A program made the position numbers and the translations under genes. Below are positions 7,044-15,127 of a DNA stretch of 18,752 nucleotides, piece after piece (within the stretch, counting starts at the first letter, position 1; each line of letters begins with the position of its first letter). This DNA is from Candidatus Hermodarchaeum yapensis (GTDB taxonomy: Archaea > Asgardarchaeota > Hermodarchaeia > Hermodarchaeales > Hermodarchaeaceae). Under the pieces are notes generated by a model that made no database searches, was not told the DNA's origin, and saw only the letters and a program-made list of their open reading frames with translations. Location of the stretch: positions 1 through 18,752 of the forward strand of contig JAEOSK010000044.1 of NCBI GenBank assembly GCA_016840405.1, written 5' to 3'.

Positions 7044-8318
7044 TCAGTCGGTTAGTGTTATTTTTTGTCCGTTTTCAGCAACTTGAGCGTTTTGTCCATA
7101 TTGTTTGTGAAGCGTGGTTGCTAGCGATTCGCAAGCCTCGGCTTCCCCGTGTACTGTGAAGATGTGGGATGCGTTGGAAAAGGAACCGCCGAGGTTTAAT
7201 AATTGTTCTTTACCTGCATGCGAGGAGAAATCAAAGAGCTGGTATTTTGCTTTGACCCGTTTAGGTCCGATGCCATAATCGAAGAAGCCATTTTCGAGGA
7301 GGTCGCGACCGGGGGTTCCGGGGATTTGATAGCCCACCATGAGAACTGCACTTCGGGGATCATCCATGATTTGGCTTAGATACATTGCTGCGGTTCCTCC
7401 GCGTAGCATTCCTGCGGGCGCAACAATTAGTCCTGGATTTTTGAGAATTCTGTCACGTTGTCGGCGATTTCGTACCCATTCAGCTTGACTTAGAGCGCGT
7501 TTCAAGAGTTTGTAGTCTCGGAAAAAGGTGGGATGGCGGAGGAAGATTCGGGCGGCTTCTCGGGCCATGCCATCTAAATAGATGGGGTAGGAGGTTTTGT
7601 ATTTGGCGAGGACACATAAGATTTCTTGGGCGCGGGCAACGGCAAAAGCGGGAACTAGGACAATTCCATCATTGTCGATGGTTTCATGGGTTTTTTCAAT
7701 GAAGCCTTCTTCGATTTTCTGGCGATTCTCATGAGCAGTGAGTGCGTAGGTGCTTTCCATGATGATGGTGTCAGGCGTTTTTGTAGGGATGCGGGCAGCC
7801 CTTTGTAGTTGGGTGTCAATGGTATTGATGTCCCCGGTATAGAGTACTTCTCGGGAGGGGGTTTGAATGTGGATTGCTGCGCTTCCGGGGATATGTCCTG
7901 CATCATAGAGGGTCAGGGTGATGCCATTTCCCAGGTTGATGGGTTCTTTGTAATTGACAATTTTGATGCGGCGGAATAGCCGTTCGACATCGAGTTTTTC
8001 ATAGGGTAGAAAGTATTGACTTAGCCGCAACATATCCTTGAGGAGGACCCGGATGATGTCGCGAGTAATTGCGGTCATGTAGACAGATGCTGAACCACTG
8101 GTGAAGAGGAGAGGGAGCCCACCACTGTGATCAAGGTGTGCGTGGCTCAGGGCAACGGTGAGATTCTTGGGACGGGCCATGGGGGGAAATGTCGGGTGCC
8201 CGTTGAATGAGGCGCCAAAGTCAGCAAGGACTGAGGTGTCGTTTTCTTTGACTAGGTATGCAGAGCTTCCGATGGTTTTGCAGCCACCTAGGAAGTGGAG
8301 TTCAGTCAACGATGGCAA
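7044..8318 (-). CDS. Beta-CASP metallo-beta-lactamase ribonuclease without N-terminal KH domains (aCPSF2/Ysh1-like); true start may be TTG at 8309
   Basis: LGGCKTIGSS, DFG, SHAHLDHSG, AGHIPGS, YTGD, MESTY, PAFAVARAQE, AGML, VGYQIPGTPGR, FSSHA and VHGE motifs. Confidence 0.92.
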   Translation of the reverse strand: MPSLTELHFLGGCKTIGSSAYLVKENDTSVLADFGASFNGHPTFPPMARPKNLTVALSHAHLDHSGGLPLLFTSGSASVYMTAITRDIIRVLLKDMLRLSQYFLPYEKLDVERLFRRIKIVNYKEPINLGNGITLTLYDAGHIPGSAAIHIQTPSREVLYTGDINTIDTQLQRAARIPTKTPDTIIMESTYALTAHENRQKIEEGFIEKTHETIDNDGIVLVPAFAVARAQEILCVLAKYKTSYPIYLDGMAREAARIFLRHPTFFRDYKLLKRALSQAEWVRNRRQRDRILKNPGLIVAPAGMLRGGTAAMYLSQIMDDPRSAVLMVGYQIPGTPGRDLLENGFFDYGIGPKRVKAKYQLFDFSSHAGKEQLLNLGGSFSNASHIFTVHGEAEACESLATTLHKQYGQNAQVAENGQKITLTD

Positions 8319-8491
8319 TTCCCCTGCTCGTGGTAGTTTTTTCTTTTGGCGGGATTTGTATTCACGCCTTGCGGATTTGACTTCATAAATGTATTTCGAA
8401 GTTGATGTGAATTCGTGTAATCTGTGAGTTTCTCTAATTAGGGAAGAAGACTTAAAACAGCATATTCATCAGCTTCAGCCATCACGAAACT

Positions 8492-9244
8492 ATGGCGAGT
8501 GTAATGGAGTACGCTGAAGAAATTAAGATTATCATGAAAGATCCTGATGTAAAATTAAAGGGTAAGATTTTGATTTCAGGATTTCATAGCGCCTTAGGAG
8601 AAACCGGCTATATTGTTCTTCGCCACTTAGCCAATCAAGTAAATGTACGCTCAATTGGGTGTGTTATGAGCCCACTAGTACCCCCTCACGTCTTCATTGG
8701 CGGTGACCGGCTGTTAATGCCCATTGAATTGTATGAGTATGAAGACCGCTTTGTCCTCTTGTTTACACGATTACAACCACACCGGGCTGAGTGGGCGCCC
8801 TTTACCGAAGCGATTGCCAACTGGTCAAAAGAAAAGGGGTTGAAAGAAGCCGTCCTTCTGGGTGGTTTAGACCAACAATTTGCAGAAGGCGAGGACCAAT
8901 TTCGGATTGCCTTTACCTCAGCTTCCCGAAAAACTGCGAAAAAACATGAGCTTCCAATTCTTGAGAAAGGACGGGGCATCTACGGGCCCTTGGCTCTGTT
9001 ACTACTTAATTATGAAATTCGTGATTTTCCCGCCCTAGCCATTCTTCCTTATGCTGAAAGAGGCCGCCCTGATCCCCGAGCGGCCAGTGTTGCTATTGAT
9101 GTACTTAACCAGCTGTACGATTTAGGAATTGGAACGGAAGAGCTTATGGCTGATGCCGAAGCGATTGAAAAAGAAATCAAGCAGCTCCTTGACCGACAAC
9201 GAGAACGAGAAAATGGTCGCAGCGCTCATGACATGTTCGTCTAA
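8492..9244 (+). CDS. PAC2-family proteasome assembly chaperone (PbaA/PbaB-like)
   Basis: ILISGFHSALGETGYI, PIELY, LLGG, IYGPLALLL, PDPRAA, L...AE.IE.E coiled tail, and C-terminal M-F-V (HbYX-like). Confidence 0.88.
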   Translation: MASVMEYAEEIKIIMKDPDVKLKGKILISGFHSALGETGYIVLRHLANQVNVRSIGCVMSPLVPPHVFIGGDRLLMPIELYEYEDRFVLLFTRLQPHRAEWAPFTEAIANWSKEKGLKEAVLLGGLDQQFAEGEDQFRIAFTSASRKTAKKHELPILEKGRGIYGPLALLLLNYEIRDFPALAILPYAERGRPDPRAASVAIDVLNQLYDLGIGTEELMADAEAIEKEIKQLLDRQRERENGRSAHDMFV

Positions 9245-9274
9245 GACATGGCTTTTGAATGCGCTAGCGGGGTT

Positions 9275-9616
9275 TTAGTGGACTGGAGTGCCAGGAGGCA
9301 GTTCACGTTCAGGCACAACAAGGATTACTTGGTAATCAGCATCACCTTGCTTCCCCACTTCAGCGGCGAGTAGCATGCCTTCTGATTTTTCACCTCGAAA
9401 CACTGCGGGTTTAAGGTTCACCAACACTACCAGTTGTTTCCCAACTAGGGATTCAGCAGGATAATATTGCGCTAATCCAGTGACAATTTGGCGTCTTCCT
9501 AATTCTCCAAGGTCAATTTGGAGTTTCAGGAGATTCTTTGTCCCTGGCACAGGTTCTGATTCCAAAACCGTGGCAATTCGAAAATCAACCTTTTTAAATT
9601 CATCAAAGCTTAGCAA
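9275..9616 (-). CDS. Free-standing tRNA-binding OB-fold protein (Trbp111 / MetRS C-terminal domain family); the ORF extends to 9652 but TTG at 9616 is the likelier start
   Basis: SFDEFKKVDFRIATV...LLKLQIDLG..RQIVTGLAQYY..LVGK...NLKPAVFRGEKSEGMLLAA...PPGT is the EMAP-II/Trbp111 signature. Confidence 0.88.
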   Translation of the reverse strand: MLSFDEFKKVDFRIATVLESEPVPGTKNLLKLQIDLGELGRRQIVTGLAQYYPAESLVGKQLVVLVNLKPAVFRGEKSEGMLLAAEVGKQGDADYQVILVVPERELPPGTPVH

Positions 9617-9825
9617 CGTACATCCCTTCTGTAGGTGGTTTCTTCGCTTCAATTACTATTTAGCTTTCACTGAGCAGTAAAACCGACTTATTTCAGTATG
9701 AGAATAGGTGCGAAAATCGCAGAGCCGTTTAGAAAAGCCGTTCTTTAAAGAAAGAACTAAAAGTCATCCATCGACGGTCGTTAGTGAAGTGGCAGCTACA
9801 TCCAGCGGATATGCGGTGAAATCGT

Positions 9826-12800
9826 GTGGCACAATCCTTGAAGATTTCCACAGCCCTTCTTCTCATTTTATTTTTCACTTGTTTTGCTATTTACCCGATT
9901 TCATCAGCTAATCTTGATGAAGCCGCTTCGATTAGCCCAAAAAATGCCCCTCCACCGCCATACGGGGGTGGTGTTCCTGTTGGTGAATATTGGGGGAGTG
10001 GAAATCCTACTAGCATCCTAGCGACCTATAACAAGACAATGAGCACTCCAACTGCTACTGATGACGCTAGTGATTTTATCGTTTCTTTACCAGTAGATTG
10101 GGAGACGGCATTTAACGCCTCTTTTTCAGGAATTACTGCGGGACCCATTGTTTTAGATATTGAAACTGATGATTCTACGAGCGAGGGTAGTCACACTATA
10201 CGGGCGGCCATGAGTCTTCAGATTACTAATTCTTGTCATCTTCATAGTGTGATGGTGAGGGTAGAAGCGGATGCCTTCGATTTGCTAGATTCTAATGATG
10301 ACCTATACGTGAGAATCTACAATGCCACCCTAGAGGGGGGGAGACCAAAACCGCATCTTGCTTGGTCCAGCCGTATTTTCTTTGATTTGGGAGAGAGCAC
10401 TGATACGTTTGATGATTGGATAAATGCAACATGGGTAAGCCCCGTCTTTCTTTCGACAACAGGGACGTATAATAACTATTATTTTGCTGTTCTAGTCCCT
10501 GAATCAGGAGCCACACCTTCTTGGCAGTTTCGAACAGATGCAGCTAATGGCGATAATGGATATGCTTGGCGATATGCAACAGATTGGGTTTTCGTTGGAG
10601 TTGACTATTTTCTAAATGTTTCATTGATACCAATGGGAACCTCCCCAACACCTAGCCAAGTCTCAATGCAAGTGAATGGAACAGCGGTCACAGATGCATC
10701 GGGTAATTCAGGGTGGTGGTCACGTACTTTCACTGCTACAAGTACTCTGACGCGTTTCAATGTTACAGCATCTTGGCCCATTACCTTCGACTACATCTAT
10801 GTCGCTTTGTTTTCTCGAACGTTTGTTGGAGTCACCGATTTTGCAGCAGATTATCAATTTTCAATTACCAACTGGAATATTTCCACTTCTGTTATGTTCC
10901 CGAATATTAACGCTGACAGTAATAGTCGAACCCTGAACTTCTCACTACCAGCCTATTGGGATGCCCAGTTCCTCTATAATGGATCAACTCTGAGCCCGTT
11001 TTCACGGTACCAGGATAATAGTTCCACTCCAGGATGGTTATTCATCGATGAAGGGGAAGGAGCTGGTAACGGAACCCTTTGGCGAGTGGTTTCTACCGAT
11101 ACTAACTATGTGCAAACACCCACCATTTGGAAGGGACTCTCTGATGTGACTGGAACAGAAGCCTACATCAACGACACACTCTACGTTACAGCCCAGCTTT
11201 CCACCTTCACAGATGGACTGGGTCGGTTTAACCCCTATGATGAGACGGATGCATCAGTCTTTGAGACGTTTCGAAGTCCTAGCGTTAGTGGATTCATGAA
11301 TTTTACGCCCTTCAGCCCTGTCTCGTGGGGAATAGATAATATCACGATGCGTTGTGAAGTGGTGTGGAATAATAGTTACCACGCGGGCGTCGGATTGAGT
11401 AGTGTTACTTTGGTGTACCCCACGACGGTGTCCGGTGATCCGGATGCATATACCAGTCTAATTGGGGACAGTGTTCTCATTCAAGTCTATTTTGAAGACG
11501 CCTTCCTTTCAGCTGGTGTGGAAAATGCCGTGGTTAACGTCACTTTCGATGGATCAACGTATCCTCTCAATGATGCTGGACTGGGTTATTATTCCAATTC
11601 TTTGAATACCGGAACAATGGGTCTAACACGGGGGATACATACGGGTGTCGTCCTCGCAGATCGCCTTGGCTATGCTTCTGCTACCACTAACCTCACGCTT
11701 ACTTTGTGGTCAAAGACCCAATTGGTTGCCAATTGGACTCTGCTTACTATCAATTACACTGAATCAGTGATCTTGGAAGTGAACTATTCAGTGCTAACAC
11801 CACTAGGTGAAGGCGGAATTACTGGGGCAGATGTCAATATCACAGATGGAATCTTTTTTAGTGTGCTTTTCGAGGAGGGTGGAGGTAATTATTCAGTTGT
11901 CTTGGATGGAACTGTCCTTGACGTAGGCACACATAACCTCATTGTAAACGCATCAAAATCCGGTCAGTACCTTCAAAACAATAGTTTGATGATTACACTT
12001 ATTGTCCAAGGAGAACCCACAGATATCACGGGAGATGCCCCTCCAAGTGTTGACGGAGGCGAGGCATTCAATGTCACCGTCACTTATGAGAAACAATCTG
12101 ATGGATTAGGAATTCCAGGAGCCACAATCACATGTCTCCTGAATGATACGCCCTTTGCGCAATTCATTTCGTTTGATTTGGGGAACGGCACGTATCATGT
12201 GCAATTCATACTCAACACGAGCATCAGTGATTCCTTGTACAATATTACTCTAAGAGTGGTACGCAGTGGATATAACATACAATATTATGAAGCGCTAGTC
12301 GATGTGCTAATTCGAGCAACCACCTCATCCACACAAATACTGTCTTCTTCGCCTGTCATCTATGATAACGATTTCATAATTCGGGTTACTTACACGGATT
12401 GGTTTGCCCAGGGACTTGTGGGAGCTGGTGTGGAGGGTAATTGGTCCATCATAAATGTCGTTGATAATTTGGACGGGACCTATACGGTTCGCTGTATCAC
12501 TACTGGCGTTGCCGTGGGTTGGTGGACTATTTCGTTTAATATCAGCGTGGAAAACTATGAAGTTCAGTATTTCTCGGAGACATTCCATTTAGTGTGGGCA
12601 ACCGCTCTCACACCTGAAAATGGAGATTATACTCCATCGGAATATGAGAATGAAACCCTGATTCTTGATGTGACTTACACAAATACTAATACGGGGCTGG
12701 GTGTTGACACCGCAACTGTTTGGGCAGAAACAGTGTGGGCATCCCATCCTATGTCCGCATTGGGGAACGGGGTGTATCGACTCACGCTAAACTTGACCGG

Positions 12801-14094
12801 AGTTAATCCGAATACCTATGCAATTGTTGTATATGCTCAACTTGCCAACCATGAAAATCAGACTTTGAATTTGAGCCTTGATGTGTTGGCAAAGCATGAC
12901 CCCATTTTGACCATTCTTTTTCCCACTCTCATTTATCCAGGCACGGAGACCCACATAACGATTAGTCTAACGTATGCAAATAGTACCCCGATTATTGGTG
13001 CAAATGTGGATGTCGAGGTGTGGATTGAGTATGGGAATGGTACGATACTCGTTTTGACAGCAGAGACTGCCACAACAGATGCTTTCGGAAATGCCATTGT
13101 GTTTGTCCAGATTCCATCATATTCTGCAGAGGATTGGGTAGACGGGAATAATGGTCCGGTCTTATGGGCGTCAGTCACCTATACTGGTTCTCGCGAAATT
13201 GCCGTAGATTCAATTAGTACGTCTCAGGCACTCTCACCCCTAACGCCAATGCCGTGGTGGGCCGAACTACTCCTTGCTTTGCTTCCATTCATCATTATCC
13301 TCATCATCATTGTCGCCATTGGTTGGACCTATTATGCTAAGCGAGTCCAACCCAGGAAACAGGCCCAGCAGCTAGCCTTGGAAGAAAGTGGGGGAATGTG
13401 GGCGCAACGATTGATGGGAATAATGGATCTTCGTGCACTGTTTGTTATGTACGCTAAAACCGGTTTACCGATTTTCACTTACGATTTCGCGGGGGGTAAG
13501 ATGCCCAGCGCGCTCTTATCTGGCTTCATTTCAGCAGTCAATTCCTTTTATGGAGAACTCTCAGGTGACGCAGACCGAGAATCTCAACTCCGCGATGTCC
13601 ACTACAAGGATTTACACTTGAGCCTTCGTGAAGGACAAAATGTGGTGAGCGTGTTAATCTTAGATGCATCACCGACCGAAGAAATGACCGAGTCATTAGC
13701 CAACTTTACAGCACAATTTGTTTCCCAGTATGCCACTGAGTTAGAAACCTTTGATGGGCGTATCGACCTTTTTGATTCCGCATCGGAGATTGTTGAGCGT
13801 AGCTTTCATGGTGAGTTGTTAATTGCCTATGAGTGTGCAGAGGCGCCTCCGAGGGGCTTTGCCCGAAAGATTTACGACTTGGCATTTAAAATTGCCAATA
13901 CTAACGGGCGAGTATACATTCCCCAATTGTTTGTTGTGGCAATCGAAAATTTTGGTTCAAAGAAGAAATACAACATCGCAAATGCTCTTGAACAACTATT
14001 AAAATCGGGTTGCCTTCTTCCACTCCAAGAATCGAACATCCTCACCGAACCCTCACCAGAGGAAGCCGCTGACGCCTCAAACTTATTCTATTAA
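9826..14094 (+). CDS. Large type I membrane/surface glycoprotein: signal peptide, beta-sandwich (Ig-like) repeats, single TM helix, cytoplasmic longin-like domain
   Basis: N-terminal signal peptide (KISTALLLILFFTCFAIYPISSA). More than 30 N-x-S/T sequons before the TM. About five ~100-aa repeats with a G(N/D)GxY motif. TM at aa ~1144-1170 followed by KRVQPRK. Tail LRALFVMYAKTGLPIF...ALLSGFISAVNSFYGEL resembles a longin fold. GTG start with GGTGA RBS. Confidence 0.8.
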   Translation: MAQSLKISTALLLILFFTCFAIYPISSANLDEAASISPKNAPPPPYGGGVPVGEYWGSGNPTSILATYNKTMSTPTATDDASDFIVSLPVDWETAFNASFSGITAGPIVLDIETDDSTSEGSHTIRAAMSLQITNSCHLHSVMVRVEADAFDLLDSNDDLYVRIYNATLEGGRPKPHLAWSSRIFFDLGESTDTFDDWINATWVSPVFLSTTGTYNNYYFAVLVPESGATPSWQFRTDAANGDNGYAWRYATDWVFVGVDYFLNVSLIPMGTSPTPSQVSMQVNGTAVTDASGNSGWWSRTFTATSTLTRFNVTASWPITFDYIYVALFSRTFVGVTDFAADYQFSITNWNISTSVMFPNINADSNSRTLNFSLPAYWDAQFLYNGSTLSPFSRYQDNSSTPGWLFIDEGEGAGNGTLWRVVSTDTNYVQTPTIWKGLSDVTGTEAYINDTLYVTAQLSTFTDGLGRFNPYDETDASVFETFRSPSVSGFMNFTPFSPVSWGIDNITMRCEVVWNNSYHAGVGLSSVTLVYPTTVSGDPDAYTSLIGDSVLIQVYFEDAFLSAGVENAVVNVTFDGSTYPLNDAGLGYYSNSLNTGTMGLTRGIHTGVVLADRLGYASATTNLTLTLWSKTQLVANWTLLTINYTESVILEVNYSVLTPLGEGGITGADVNITDGIFFSVLFEEGGGNYSVVLDGTVLDVGTHNLIVNASKSGQYLQNNSLMITLIVQGEPTDITGDAPPSVDGGEAFNVTVTYEKQSDGLGIPGATITCLLNDTPFAQFISFDLGNGTYHVQFILNTSISDSLYNITLRVVRSGYNIQYYEALVDVLIRATTSSTQILSSSPVIYDNDFIIRVTYTDWFAQGLVGAGVEGNWSIINVVDNLDGTYTVRCITTGVAVGWWTISFNISVENYEVQYFSETFHLVWATALTPENGDYTPSEYENETLILDVTYTNTNTGLGVDTATVWAETVWASHPMSALGNGVYRLTLNLTGVNPNTYAIVVYAQLANHENQTLNLSLDVLAKHDPILTILFPTLIYPGTETHITISLTYANSTPIIGANVDVEVWIEYGNGTILVLTAETATTDAFGNAIVFVQIPSYSAEDWVDGNNGPVLWASVTYTGSREIAVDSISTSQALSPLTPMPWWAELLLALLPFIIILIIIVAIGWTYYAKRVQPRKQAQQLALEESGGMWAQRLMGIMDLRALFVMYAKTGLPIFTYDFAGGKMPSALLSGFISAVNSFYGELSGDADRESQLRDVHYKDLHLSLREGQNVVSVLILDASPTEEMTESLANFTAQFVSQYATELETFDGRIDLFDSASEIVERSFHGELLIAYECAEAPPRGFARKIYDLAFKIANTNGRVYIPQLFVVAIENFGSKKKYNIANALEQLLKSGCLLPLQESNILTEPSPEEAADASNLFY

Positions 14095-14100
14095 ACGATA

Positions 14101-14126
14101 AATTCTCTGAAAGCACCCAGAGAGTT
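14101..14126 (+). terminator. 9-bp stem hairpin just after the large-protein stop (possible terminator or 3'-end structure)
   Basis: AATTCTCTG-AAAGCACC-CAGAGAGTT, with a T-tract (GTTTTTT) about 14 nt further on. Confidence 0.35.
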
Positions 14127-14191
14127 CGCTTTGAAGAAGTTTTTTGAAGATAATGTAGCAATGAAGATAGAAGACCGGAGTTAGATTCAGT

Positions 14192-14962
14192 ATGTTTGCA
14201 AAGCGCGCTACCGCCGCGAAATTATCCATTCAAGACCTCCAAGATGGCGAATTAATTACCAATGATCAGGGAAATGTCGTTGCTGTCGAAACGTATCTCG
14301 GACAGGTTAGCCGCGTGAGTGTCATTGCTACAGTTGTGGATCGATATCAAGCGACGCAAGAACGACTGGACGAACAAGGTAAGGGGTTTGCTACAATAAC
14401 ACTTGACGATGGAACCGGTGTGATTCGTGCAAAAATGTGGGGCGACTTGAGCGCGAAAATTGTAAATATTGAGATAGGGAATCTCGTTTTGGTTATTGGA
14501 CGGATTCGAAGTTTTCAAAGTGAAACTTACATCAACGGAGAACTCATTCGAGTTTTGGAGAATCCGAATTGGGAAACTGTGCGAATGATGGAACTGGCAT
14601 TAGCGCGGACAGAACCCCATAAACTTGAAAACCAATTTCAGTCCGCACCATTTGAATTCACTGAAGCCGAAGAGGCGCCTTCTACGTCTCAACAAAAAGA
14701 GCTTGAGCCTGGTGTCTGGCATAGTGCTACAGCCACATTAGATCAGACAATGGATGAAGATGCCCCAGTTCCGTCGGCTGAACTTCGACGTACAGTTATC
14801 CAGACTATTGAAAAACATGATTCGGAAGGGGGAGCGCGGTTTGAGCAAATCCTCGAAGCTTCTGGCGGTGTCGATGAGGAAGTGGTTGAGCAGGTGCTCA
14901 TCGACCTGTTAAGTGAAGGGCTAGTTTATGAACCGGAGATTCATCGATACAAAAAATCCTAA
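14192..14962 (+). CDS. RPA32/RPA2-like ssDNA-binding protein (OB fold, acidic linker, C-terminal winged helix)
   Basis: RVSVIATVV...ITLDDGTGVIRAKMW...GNLVLVIGRIRSF...INGELIR..NPNWE OB fold, and C-terminal VEQVLIDLLSEGLVYEP wHTH typical of RPA32. Confidence 0.82.
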   Translation: MFAKRATAAKLSIQDLQDGELITNDQGNVVAVETYLGQVSRVSVIATVVDRYQATQERLDEQGKGFATITLDDGTGVIRAKMWGDLSAKIVNIEIGNLVLVIGRIRSFQSETYINGELIRVLENPNWETVRMMELALARTEPHKLENQFQSAPFEFTEAEEAPSTSQQKELEPGVWHSATATLDQTMDEDAPVPSAELRRTVIQTIEKHDSEGGARFEQILEASGGVDEEVVEQVLIDLLSEGLVYEPEIHRYKKS

Positions 14963-15127
14963 ATCAATCCAAAATCTTTTTGTGTGTATGAAGGGTCAGC
15001 CACGTACTCCACGGCATTCAAGAAGCCTAGCGTATTCATGCCCCTAAAAACCTGGAAGTGCGTAAATCACATGGTTTATGAGGCTGCAATCCCTTCTTTT
15101 GAATGCTAGACTGAGAGGCGATACTAC

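Noticed and set aside
9252-9262. CTTTTGAATGC also present at 15096-15106
   Set aside because: Many 11-mer matches are expected by chance in 18.7 kb, and the contexts differ.
9275-9616. CsaA secretion chaperone serving the adjacent giant secreted protein
   Set aside because: It has the RQIVxGLAxYY motif of Trbp111/MetRS-C rather than the SSAQIT-type motif of CsaA.
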